The position numbers and the translations under genes were made by a program. The notes beneath the pieces were generated by a model, which was given only the letters and a program-made list of their open reading frames with translations, did not search any database and was not told where the DNA came from. This document shows, piece after piece, positions 33,151-41,795 of a DNA stretch of 44,295 bases. This DNA is from Actinomycetota bacterium (GTDB lineage Bacteria > Actinomycetota > Acidimicrobiia > IMCC26256 > PALSA-555). Location of the stretch: NCBI GenBank assembly GCA_046086425.1, contig JBJSXO010000060.1, positions 1 to 44,295 of the forward strand, read 5' to 3'. How positions within the stretch are numbered: the first letter of the stretch is position 1; the number at the start of each line of letters is the position of its first letter.

Positions 33151-34475
33151 TGCGAGACGCACCGACCGCGGTGGCCGCGGTCGACCTCGGGGCGACCTCC
33201 GTGCGCGTCGTTCGGGTCGAGTTGGCCGACGATCGGGTGACCCACACCGTGGTGCACCGCCTCGCCCATTCGCCGGCCCGTGATCGACAGGGTGTGCTCC
33301 GCTGGGACTGGGACGCGATCGTCCGGGCGGTGCACACGGGGCTCGCCCACGCCGCCGAGGCGGGGCCGCTCGCGTCGATCGGGGTCGACACCTGGGGCGT
33401 GGACTACGGACTCCTCGACGGCACCGGTGCCCTGCTGGCCGATCCCGTCTCCTATCGCGACGACCGCACCCGTGACTTCCGAACGGTGATCGACCGCATC
33501 GGGGCTCGTCGCCTGTTCGAGATCGCCGGCCTCCAGGAAGTGGCCATCAACACCATCTTCCAGCTCGCCGCCCACGATCCCCATGAGCTCGGCGCCGCCG
33601 CGACCATCCTCATGCTGCCGGAGCTCGTCGTGCATCACCTCACGGGCACCGTCACCGGCGAACGCACGAGCGCAGGGACGACCGGGCTGCTCGACGCCGC
33701 GACCGCGCAGTGGTCGGCCCCGCTGGCCGAGGCGATCGGGCTCGCTCCGTCGCTGCTCCCCCACCTTGCCGAGCCCGGCACTCTGTGCGGCACCTACGGC
33801 GGAGTCCCCGTTCGGCTGGTGGGTGGCCACGACACCGCATCCGCGGTGGTGGCCGGAGCCACCGACGGCGCTCCCTTCGTGGCCACCGGCACCTGGCTCC
33901 TGGTGGGCTGCGAGCGCAGCCTCCCCAACCGCTCCGCCGCCGCGCACGACGCCGGGTTCAGCAACGAGCAGGGGACCTTCGGCGACATCCGGTTCCTCCG
34001 CAACGTGGCCGGCTGGTGGCTGATCGAGGAGTGCCGGCGCGAATGGGGCGAGGCCGACACCGTCGCGCTCGTGGAGGCCGCCGCCGACGCTCCCCCACCG
34101 CCTCAGACCTTCGACGCGACCGACGAGCGATTTCTGGCCCCGGCCTCGATGAGCACCGAGATCCGCAATGCCGCACACCTCGCGCCGAACGCCCCACACC
34201 CCCACGTGGTGCGCGCCGCCCTCGAATCGATGGCCGCCACCGTCGCCCGGGTACTCGACGCGCTGTCCCCTCACGACGAGCTCCGCGTCTTCGGTGGCGC
34301 CGCCCGGTCGGGCGTGTTCGTCGAGCTGCTCTCCCGACACACGGGTACCCGGATCACGACCGGCCCCGCCGAGGCCGCCGCACTCGGGAACGCCGTCACG
34401 CAAGGCGTCGCCCTCGGCATCTACGAATCCCAGGCGTCGGCACGCGCCGCGCTCGACGAAGGAGCGAGGACGTGA
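33150..34475 (+). CDS. rhaB: Rhamnulokinase (FGGY carbohydrate kinase family), 441 aa
   Basis: AAVDLGATSVRVV, GVDTWGVDYGLLD, GGHDTASAV and FGGAARSG. The GTG at 33150 overlaps the rhaI stop (TAGTG). The earlier part of the listed 32163..34475 ORF is shadow. Confidence 0.8.
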   Translation: MRDAPTAVAAVDLGATSVRVVRVELADDRVTHTVVHRLAHSPARDRQGVLRWDWDAIVRAVHTGLAHAAEAGPLASIGVDTWGVDYGLLDGTGALLADPVSYRDDRTRDFRTVIDRIGARRLFEIAGLQEVAINTIFQLAAHDPHELGAAATILMLPELVVHHLTGTVTGERTSAGTTGLLDAATAQWSAPLAEAIGLAPSLLPHLAEPGTLCGTYGGVPVRLVGGHDTASAVVAGATDGAPFVATGTWLLVGCERSLPNRSAAAHDAGFSNEQGTFGDIRFLRNVAGWWLIEECRREWGEADTVALVEAAADAPPPPQTFDATDERFLAPASMSTEIRNAAHLAPNAPHPHVVRAALESMAATVARVLDALSPHDELRVFGGAARSGVFVELLSRHTGTRITTGPAEAAALGNAVTQGVALGIYESQASARAALDEGART

Positions 34476-35218
34476 ACGTCGACGCGCTCGACCGCATCGA
34501 GTCCATCCGCGCGCAGCTCCAACGCGACGGCACGGTGCGCATCAGTGCGCTCGCTGCGGAGCTCGACGTCAGCGAGATGACGATCCGGCGCGACCTCGAC
34601 CTGCTCGTCGACGAAGGCACCGCCCGGCGGGTCCGCGGCGGCGCGGTGGCCATCGCACCGCAGGAGTTCAACACGCGATCCCGAGAGCACCCGCGAGCAA
34701 AGGGAACCATCGGTCAAAAGCTTCTTGCCCTCGTCCCGGACCACGGCGCCATCGCTCTGGACGCCTCCTCCACGCTGCAGCGCATGGCCGCCCGCCTCGG
34801 CGAGGCCCGGGACCTCACTGTGGTGACCAACGGACCGGAGACGTTCGCCGCCCTCCAGAGCCACGGAGGTGTGACCGCGCTCCTGTCCGGCGGACAGCTG
34901 GATCGACGCACGGGAAGCCTCGTCGGGCCACTCGCCGTGCGCGCTGCCACGGATCTCTTCGTCAGTCGTCTCTTCGTCAGTGCCGCCGCCGTCGACCCGG
35001 AGCTGGGCTCAAGCGAGGCGACGCTCGATGACGCCGAAGTGAAGCTGGCGTTCGCGGCGACCGCAGCCGAGGTGATCCTGGCCGTCGACACCTCCAAGCT
35101 CGGGAGCCGGGCCCCGGCGCGCACCTTCCCGCTCGAGCGCGTCACCCGTCTGGTCACCGAGCTCGACCCGGGAGACCCGCGCCTCGACCCGTATCGAGAG
35201 CACTGCCAGATTCTCTAG
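34472..35218 (+). CDS. DeoR-family transcriptional regulator (248 aa), probable rhamnose-locus regulator
   Basis: RIESIRAQLQRDGTVRISALAAELDVSEMTIRRDLDLLVDEG is a DeoR wHTH; the C-terminal domain is a DeoR sugar-phosphate sensor fold. GTGA overlap with the rhaB stop. Confidence 0.85.
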   Translation: MNVDALDRIESIRAQLQRDGTVRISALAAELDVSEMTIRRDLDLLVDEGTARRVRGGAVAIAPQEFNTRSREHPRAKGTIGQKLLALVPDHGAIALDASSTLQRMAARLGEARDLTVVTNGPETFAALQSHGGVTALLSGGQLDRRTGSLVGPLAVRAATDLFVSRLFVSAAAVDPELGSSEATLDDAEVKLAFAATAAEVILAVDTSKLGSRAPARTFPLERVTRLVTELDPGDPRLDPYREHCQIL

Positions 35219-35246
35219 CGATTACCGTCCGCGACCGGGAGCCTCC

Positions 35247-36497
35247 ATGTCCCCTCCGATGATCGATCGCCGCACCCGCCTCGATGCCGACGTCCGCCTG
35301 CTCTCGGGCGCCGGCTTCTTCTCCGAGGACTTCCCCGGGCTCGTGGCACGCCACGGACCGCTCGCCGCGGCGGGACTCGACGCGCTACGTGGCCGACCGC
35401 TCGAGCTCCGGCTCCCCGACGGTATCTACACCGTGCGCGCCGCCGACGGGACCCTCGTCGTCGACGACCATCCCTCCGACGACCCGTTCGCGGTCGAGCT
35501 CGACGCCCGTCAGTTCTCGGACTGGGCTCAGCAGCTGCGCACCTTCAACGCGATGACCGTGGCGCACGAGCTCCGCATCGTCGCCGGCAGCAACCGAGAC
35601 GCCGAGATCTGGAACGCGGTCTGGCTCGCGTTCCTCGAGGGATGGCCCGTCGTCGATCCCGACCTGGAGTTCCTCGATCGCGAGGGTCGAGCACTCGACC
35701 TCCACCGCGCCTTCACCGTCGACGACGATCCGGCCGACGTCGCGCACTTCCTCCGCGAGGCCGGGTACCTGCACCTCCGCGGCTGGCTCGACCCAGCGAC
35801 GATGCACCGGATCGCTGACGACATCGATCGTGCCCTCCCCACCTACTCGGAAGGCGACGGGCGGTCATGGTGGGCCACGACCGCCGACGGCACCCGCGGC
35901 TGCGTCCGGCTCCAGCACTTCGTAGAGCACTCCCCGACCACCGTGGAGGTGCTCGGGAGCGACCGGTGGCAACAGCTGCGGACCACCCTCCAGGGCGACG
36001 AGGTGCTGGTGCAGGGCCCGATCGAGGGCAACTGCATCGAAGCCCTCGTGAAGCCCCTCGGTGTCGTCGAGGGGATCTCCGACGTTCCGTGGCACCGAGA
36101 CTGCAACTTCGGGCGCCACGCCTACGGGTGCTCGAGCACGACCATCGGCATCTCGGTGACTGCAGGCGACGAGACCAGCGGACTGCTCCGGGCCGTCGCT
36201 GGCTCTCACCGGATCGGCATGCCATCGATCTTCGCCTTCGGGCACTCCTACCTGCCGGTGGTGGCGCTCCCAACCGAGCCCGGCGACGTCACCGTGCACC
36301 TGAGCTGCACGCTCCACGAGGCGATGCCACCGCTCGAGCGGCCCCGCAAGGTCATGTACACAGGCTTCGGCTTGCCGGCACGAGCCGGTGACCGACCCGA
36401 AGCCAAGCAGGACATCTCCGAGCTCCGCGAACGCGCGTACAAGCTCCAGTCCCAGCCGCCGAGTCCCATCGGGAAGGCTTCCCATCCTCGAGCATGA
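35247..36497 (+). CDS. Phytanoyl-CoA dioxygenase (PhyH)-family Fe(II)/2-oxoglutarate oxygenase with an N-terminal extension of about 170 aa
   Basis: FLREAGYLHLRGWLDP..., facial triad candidates PWHRD (H-x-D) and VHLSCTLHEA. The N-terminal domain was not recognised. Confidence 0.6.
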   Translation: MSPPMIDRRTRLDADVRLLSGAGFFSEDFPGLVARHGPLAAAGLDALRGRPLELRLPDGIYTVRAADGTLVVDDHPSDDPFAVELDARQFSDWAQQLRTFNAMTVAHELRIVAGSNRDAEIWNAVWLAFLEGWPVVDPDLEFLDREGRALDLHRAFTVDDDPADVAHFLREAGYLHLRGWLDPATMHRIADDIDRALPTYSEGDGRSWWATTADGTRGCVRLQHFVEHSPTTVEVLGSDRWQQLRTTLQGDEVLVQGPIEGNCIEALVKPLGVVEGISDVPWHRDCNFGRHAYGCSSTTIGISVTAGDETSGLLRAVAGSHRIGMPSIFAFGHSYLPVVALPTEPGDVTVHLSCTLHEAMPPLERPRKVMYTGFGLPARAGDRPEAKQDISELRERAYKLQSQPPSPIGKASHPRA

Positions 36498-36578
36498 GCG
36501 CGGCGCCACCCGGTGCCGTCCGGTCGCGCCACCGGCGCTCAGCGCTACGGCCGCGACACCGTCAGTGCCCGATGCGCC

Positions 36579-37931
36579 TCACGGCTTCGCGACGCTCGCC
36601 GTGATGGCTGCGAGGGTCTTGGTCGACGGTCGACCCGGCGCCCCCGAGCGGCAGGAGTTGTCAGGCGTCATCCGCTTGGACGCCGGCACGATGACATAGG
36701 TGCCGTCGGAGCACGCCAGCAACGGGTTGCTCTCGGCGAACACCCCGCCGGGGACGTCGTCGTAACCGGGGACTGTCCATACGTGCATCATCCAGCCCGT
36801 CTGCTCGACGAATCTGCCACCGGCTTGCGGACACTTCGCGGCCTTGACCGCCGGGTCCTTCTCGTCGCTCAGCGCTGTCGTGATCCCCCGGTCCGTGAAC
36901 ACGATGCATAGCCCCGCGTGGTCGTGCCACACGTCGTTGGTGCCCACGAAGCCGACCGGCTCCACCGTCGTGTTCACGTTGAACATCAGCCCGGCGAGCT
37001 TCGCGTCCGGGCCCGTGCCATCGAACAGGAGCGTGTCGGGGTGCAGGAGCGTCTCGTCGGACAGGGATCCGTCGGGGCGGCTCTCCGCCGGAGCGCCGCC
37101 GACGTAGTGGATGCCCGCACCCGGTCCGTATCCACCGGCGGGCCGGTAACCGGCCGCAGCCGCGTCGGCGAGGGTCGGGAATCGCGCGGCCGCTTGCCGG
37201 GTGAGATCGAGCTGGCGGTCGAGCTCGGCCTGGGTCGCTGCGTCCTGGTCGTGCCAGGCAATCACGTGATGGTGCCCGTTGGACAGGGCGGAGAAACCCT
37301 TGTCGTCGACCGCAGCCGTGACGGGACAGTGGGTGTGGCCATCGGCTGCGGTGGAACACCCAGCCGCGTCCGCGCTGCCATTCACGGCTACGAGTGCCTC
37401 GCCAATTACCGCGTGGGTGTGGTCCATGTGTGTCCCGTGGGCGTGATCACGGGCGCTCGGAGATGCGAGCGCGGCGGTCGCAATGCTCAGCACCGAAATG
37501 GGAATCACGGCCAAGAGCGCAAGGCGGGCACCACGCCACTGGTGTCCCAGTGTCGGCCTCGCGAGCCAGACGCCGCACGCGATGACCAGCATCACCTCGA
37601 TCGTCACGCACGCGAGGTCGACGAACTCCGCCTCGTGCGGGTGCCCGGCGTGCTCGCCGATCGGCAAGCCCCACGTGCGACTCACCATCCACGCGCCGAT
37701 CGCGAGCAAGTTCACGACCATCACGCTCCGCAGCAGGGTCCGAGACGGAGCGGCGAGCACCCAGACCGCCAACGCGACCTGGGCCCACCCCACGAGCGCA
37801 AACCCGGCGCCTTCGACCACCGAACTCCCCCAGTGGGACGGGACCATCGCGAGGTGGATGACCCCGGCCGAGGCGGAGAGCACCGACAGGAGGACCCGCC
37901 CACCCAGAGTGAGGTCGAAGTCGCGGCCCAT
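36579..37931 (-). CDS. Membrane protein of unknown function: 5 N-terminal TM helices plus an extracytoplasmic His/Cys-rich domain (450 aa)
   Basis: The ATG at 37931 follows GGAG-ttgaca. His clusters include DHAHGTHMDHTH, GHTHC, NGHHHVIAWHDQD, VWHDHAG and WMMHVW, and six Cys residues lie in the soluble part. The start is 2 nt after the amidohydrolase stop. Confidence 0.65.
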   Translation of the reverse strand: MGRDFDLTLGGRVLLSVLSASAGVIHLAMVPSHWGSSVVEGAGFALVGWAQVALAVWVLAAPSRTLLRSVMVVNLLAIGAWMVSRTWGLPIGEHAGHPHEAEFVDLACVTIEVMLVIACGVWLARPTLGHQWRGARLALLAVIPISVLSIATAALASPSARDHAHGTHMDHTHAVIGEALVAVNGSADAAGCSTAADGHTHCPVTAAVDDKGFSALSNGHHHVIAWHDQDAATQAELDRQLDLTRQAAARFPTLADAAAAGYRPAGGYGPGAGIHYVGGAPAESRPDGSLSDETLLHPDTLLFDGTGPDAKLAGLMFNVNTTVEPVGFVGTNDVWHDHAGLCIVFTDRGITTALSDEKDPAVKAAKCPQAGGRFVEQTGWMMHVWTVPGYDDVPGGVFAESNPLLACSDGTYVIVPASKRMTPDNSCRSGAPGRPSTKTLAAITASVAKP

Positions 37932-37933
37932 TG

Positions 37934-39232
37934 TCAACTCCACCCTCCAGCCCCAGTGCGGAAGGCCGTGATGCTCGCGCCGGCCGGCACGGCATCGATC
38001 GGCGCGGCCAGGTCGTCCGGCGTCGGCGCGCCGATGTCCACCGCGATGGCCTGCAATGCGGCTCGGTCGAGCCCGTACACGTCGATTGCGGTCTCGCCGA
38101 GCATCCGTCGGGTGACGTCCGGAGCGACATCGAAGAACGTGTGGCGGAGCGCAAGCCGCGTGACAGAGGGCAGGTCCTCGCCGTCGCGGTATACGAAGGT
38201 GCCTTCGAGGTGCGGATAGTCAGAGCCCCACAACATCTGTGACACGAACCCGTGCTCGACGGCCTGCTGCACCTCGAACGGAGACGCGAAGCTCGCTCCG
38301 ACGTAGACATTGTGCGCGAGATACTCGCTCGGCCGCCGAGGGACCTGCGTCAGCAACGCGTGGTTCAGGGGCTCGTCGCGTTTGGAGTCGTAGAAGTCGT
38401 AGAGCGCGTCGAGCTCCGTGGCCTTCTGCGGGAGCCAGCTTCCCGGTGTCTCGGTGATCACGAGGCGCAGGTCGGGGTGACGCTCGAACACACCGCCGAA
38501 GATCATCCACCACGCCGCGCGCTGTGAGAGGAAGCCGGCCGACTCCAGCTGCATCAGCGCAACGGACTCGAGCCCGGTGTAGCGGGCGTTCGTGCCTCCG
38601 CCCACGTGGGTAACGAGAGGCATGCGAAGTTCCACGCACGCGGCCCAGAAGGGCTCCCAGTGACGGCGGTTGTACTCGGGGAGCTCACCGTCACGCATGG
38701 CCGGGAAGTTGATCCCGTGGAGCCCGGCATCACGGGCCCACCGCAGTTCGGTGATGGCCTCGTCGAGGTCCCACAGCGGGAGATAGGCGAGGCCGATGTG
38801 GCGATGGGGCGCCTGGGCGACAAAATCCGCAAGCCACCGGTTGTAGATGCGCTGACCCACACCCAGGAGCTCCCGGTCCGGATCCTGCTTCGGCCTGCCG
38901 AGCGGCGAGGCGACGAACGGGAGTGGCTCGAGGTTCATCGAGCCGTGGAACAGCACCCCTGCGGCGATGCCGTCATGGTCGTAGTCGGCGAGGCGGGCCG
39001 CTGAGTCGTGGTGACCGGCCGTCCGGAAGTTGGGATGGTCGAGGTACCCGCTGCCCTCGAGCATCGTGGTGGCGGCGTCTCGCTCGGCTTTCGCGCTCTC
39101 CGCGAAGTCATCGAACACGGACAGGTATGCGGGCGGGCAGTAGTCGCGCAGGTCCTCGACGAGGCGGGGACCGACATGGGTGTCGTTGGACACCACGACC
39201 ACCGGATCGGCGGCTGTCTGAGCAGACGTCAT
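37934..39232 (-). CDS. Amidohydrolase-2 (ACMSD/metal-dependent hydrolase-decarboxylase-like) family protein (432 aa)
   Basis: VVVSNDTHVGP near the N-terminus, LVTHVGGG, and MLWGSDYPHLEGTF (the Asp/His metal motif typical of amidohydrolase_2). Confidence 0.7.
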   Translation of the reverse strand: MTSAQTAADPVVVVSNDTHVGPRLVEDLRDYCPPAYLSVFDDFAESAKAERDAATTMLEGSGYLDHPNFRTAGHHDSAARLADYDHDGIAAGVLFHGSMNLEPLPFVASPLGRPKQDPDRELLGVGQRIYNRWLADFVAQAPHRHIGLAYLPLWDLDEAITELRWARDAGLHGINFPAMRDGELPEYNRRHWEPFWAACVELRMPLVTHVGGGTNARYTGLESVALMQLESAGFLSQRAAWWMIFGGVFERHPDLRLVITETPGSWLPQKATELDALYDFYDSKRDEPLNHALLTQVPRRPSEYLAHNVYVGASFASPFEVQQAVEHGFVSQMLWGSDYPHLEGTFVYRDGEDLPSVTRLALRHTFFDVAPDVTRRMLGETAIDVYGLDRAALQAIAVDIGAPTPDDLAAPIDAVPAGASITAFRTGAGGWS

Positions 39233-39274
39233 CGGACTTCCCGGCGCACTGGCCCGCAGGCGGCAGAAGTTGGA

Positions 39275-39299
39275 GCGTGTGTTCTAACTCATGACACGC
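39275..39299. promoter_or_regulatory. Inverted repeat GCGTGT-N13-ACACGC in the amidohydrolase/TetR divergent gap
   Basis: 6-bp arms around an AT-richer core (gttctaactcatg). It lies between the divergent starts at 39232 and 39377. Confidence 0.3.
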
Positions 39300-39376
39300 C
39301 ACCGGGTCAAGGCCTCCCGTCTCACTGCTCCGAGCGGATCGCGCCATCGTTGGCGCTTCGGCTACAACACTGGACC

Positions 39377-39976
39377 GTGGCGACGACACGGGTGCCCCGA
39401 GCGGCGACGGCCGAGAAGCGGCAGCGCATCCTCGACGCAGCCGAGCGGATCATGGTCCGTGAGGGCTACGCCGCAGTCACGACACGGCGGGTCGAAGCCG
39501 AAGCCGGGCTCAAGGTCCACTACCACTTCGGCTCGGTCGACGAGCTGTTCGTCGCCGTGGTCCGGAGACGGGGCGAGGACGCGATCGCCGAACTGACCGC
39601 CGCACTCGCCGGGGGGCAACCGCTGCGCAAGTGGTGGGCCGCAGCGTCGGACCGGCGGGGCAACGCCCTCCTGGTCGAGCTCACGGCGCTGGCGAACCAC
39701 CGCCCGGCCGTGCGGTCCGAGTTGGCCGCGTTCGCCGAGCGGACGCGGCAGATGCAGATCGATGCCCTGGATGGGATCCTCGAGCAGTACGCAATCGACG
39801 CGACCCGGTTCCCGCCGGCCCTCGTCGCTGCTGCGATCCAGGGCCTGGCGTTCGCCATGGCCCACGACCAGGTGGCCGGCTTCGACACAGCCCAGGAAGA
39901 GGCGGCGGCGGCAATGACCGCGCTCCTCGACCGACTCGAGGAGCAGCGGAGAACGCACCCGCCGATCGCGCCTTGA
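39377..39976 (+). CDS. TetR/AcrR-family transcriptional regulator (199 aa)
   Basis: KRQRILDAAERIMVREGYAAVTTRRVEAEAGLKVHYHFGSVDELF is a TetR HTH. The GTG at 39377 lies inside the longer listed ORF 39008..39976. Confidence 0.8.
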   Translation: MATTRVPRAATAEKRQRILDAAERIMVREGYAAVTTRRVEAEAGLKVHYHFGSVDELFVAVVRRRGEDAIAELTAALAGGQPLRKWWAAASDRRGNALLVELTALANHRPAVRSELAAFAERTRQMQIDALDGILEQYAIDATRFPPALVAAAIQGLAFAMAHDQVAGFDTAQEEAAAAMTALLDRLEEQRRTHPPIAP

Positions 39977-40032
39977 CCCCGAACCGCCGCCGAAGTTAAA
40001 ACGACCGCTCCATCTTTCGCCGCGGGAGCATC

Positions 40033-41013
40033 ATGGGGACCACGACCACCCGACCGTTCCGCTTCGGCTTCACCGGCGGTGCGTCGTCAAAGCGGGATCG
40101 CCTCCTTGCCTCGGCACGCGAGGTCGAGGCGCTCGGCTACGACACCTTCGGGCTCGCCGATCACTTCGTTCGTCCGTTTGCGCCGCTGATCGCCGGGCAA
40201 GCGGTGGCCGACGCCACGAGGACATTGCGGATCACCCAGACGGTGCTGGCCCAGGACTTCCGTGAGCCAGCCGTGCTCGCAAAGGAGCTCGCCACCCTCG
40301 ACGTGCTCTCGGAAGGCCGCCTGCAGGTGGGCCTGGGCGCCGGGTGGCTGCGACAGGAGTACGAGGACGCAAGCATCCGGTTCGCGTCGGCGTCGGAGCG
40401 CATCGCCCGGCTCGAGGAGACCACGATCATCCTCAAGGGCCTCTTCGCCGAAGGCCCGTTCTCGTTCGCGGGCGAGCACTATTCGATCAACGGGCTCGTA
40501 GGCGTGCCCCGGCCGGTGCAGCAGCCCGGCCCTGCCATCATGATCGGGGGTGGGGGACGGAAGTTGCTGTCGGTGGGCGGTCGTCAGGCCGACATCGTCC
40601 AGCTCATGCCCAGCAACCCGGGCGGCAAGTCGCTCCTCGACGCGACCCAGTACTCGGCCGAGGCCGTCGAGGAGAAGATCGGCTGGATCGCCGATGCTGC
40701 CGGCGGCCGATTCGACGACATCGAGCTCTCGGCGCAGCTCCTCGAGTGTGCCGTCACCGATCGCCCCGAGGAGCACCTCTCCGACTTCGCGGACCGCATC
40801 GCGATGGTGACCGAACGCATGGGTGGTGCTCGCGTCGATCTCGACCTCGACGACCTGCGCCGCTCACCGATCGTGGCCATCGGGTCGCTCGACGAGATCT
40901 GCGAGAAGCTCACCGAGACGCGGGCGCGTTACGGCATCAGCTACTTCTCCGCGCCCGTCGACGCCAAACCCGAGATCATGGCGCCGGTGGTCGAGCGCTT
41001 GGCGGGCACGTGA
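40033..41013 (+). CDS. Luciferase-like monooxygenase (LLM) class, probable F420-dependent oxidoreductase (326 aa)
   Basis: FRFGF...EALGYDTFGLADHF...LDVLSEGRLQVGLGAGW...PAIMIGGGG are LLM/F420 family features. Confidence 0.75.
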   Translation: MGTTTTRPFRFGFTGGASSKRDRLLASAREVEALGYDTFGLADHFVRPFAPLIAGQAVADATRTLRITQTVLAQDFREPAVLAKELATLDVLSEGRLQVGLGAGWLRQEYEDASIRFASASERIARLEETTIILKGLFAEGPFSFAGEHYSINGLVGVPRPVQQPGPAIMIGGGGRKLLSVGGRQADIVQLMPSNPGGKSLLDATQYSAEAVEEKIGWIADAAGGRFDDIELSAQLLECAVTDRPEEHLSDFADRIAMVTERMGGARVDLDLDDLRRSPIVAIGSLDEICEKLTETRARYGISYFSAPVDAKPEIMAPVVERLAGT

Positions 41014-41795
41014 TGGACCTCACCGGCCGGAGCGCAATCGTCGCCGGGGGAGGCGGCGGACTCGGCAGTGCGACGGTCCGTCGCCTGGCCGAACTGGGCG
41101 TCGGTGTGGTGATCCTCGATCCTGCCGCGGATGCGGGCGCGGCGCTCGCGGCCAAGATCGGTGACCTCGCCGTCGCCGAGGTGGGCGACAGCAACGACGA
41201 CGACGCAGTGGCCCGGGCGATCGACGCAGCCCGGACGCTCGGCGTCTTCTCGATCGCGGTGAGCGCGACCGGAGTGGTCATCCGCAGCCCGCGGCTCGTC
41301 GACGATTCCGGCGACCCGATGCCGAAGGCCGTGCTGCAAGCCAACCTCGACCTCCACGTCATGGGCCCGTTCAACCTCGCCCGCCTCTGCGCCGCCGCCT
41401 TCGCGACGAACGCGCCCGACGCCGACGGCCAGCGCGGTGTGATCGTGCAGACCGCGTCGATCAGCGCCTTCGACGGCCAGGTCGCCATGGTCCCGTACGC
41501 AGCCGCGAAAGGCGCGGTGGTGAGCATGGTGCTGCCGATGGCGCGCGACCTCGCCCCGCTCGGCGTTCGCGTGTGTGCCATCGCGCCCGGGGGCATCCTC
41601 ACGCCCCGGGTCTCGTCACCACAGGTGCAGGCGCTGCTCACCGAGGACACGCTGTTCCCGAAGCGGCTCGGGCGCCCCGAGGAGTACGCCCGCCTGGTCG
41701 AGGCGATCGTCACCAACCCGTACCTCAACGGCGAGGTGATCCGCTTGGACGCGGGCACGCGCCTCGGCCCGGAGATGGGTGGCCGGAGCCGGTGA
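41013..41795 (+). CDS. Short-chain dehydrogenase/reductase, HSD10/3-hydroxyacyl-CoA dehydrogenase-like (260 aa)
   Basis: AIVAGGGGGLGSATVRRL, QTASISAFDGQ...YAAAKGAV (YxxxK), APGGILTP. The start overlaps the LLM stop (TGATG). Confidence 0.8.
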   Translation: MDLTGRSAIVAGGGGGLGSATVRRLAELGVGVVILDPAADAGAALAAKIGDLAVAEVGDSNDDDAVARAIDAARTLGVFSIAVSATGVVIRSPRLVDDSGDPMPKAVLQANLDLHVMGPFNLARLCAAAFATNAPDADGQRGVIVQTASISAFDGQVAMVPYAAAKGAVVSMVLPMARDLAPLGVRVCAIAPGGILTPRVSSPQVQALLTEDTLFPKRLGRPEEYARLVEAIVTNPYLNGEVIRLDAGTRLGPEMGGRSR

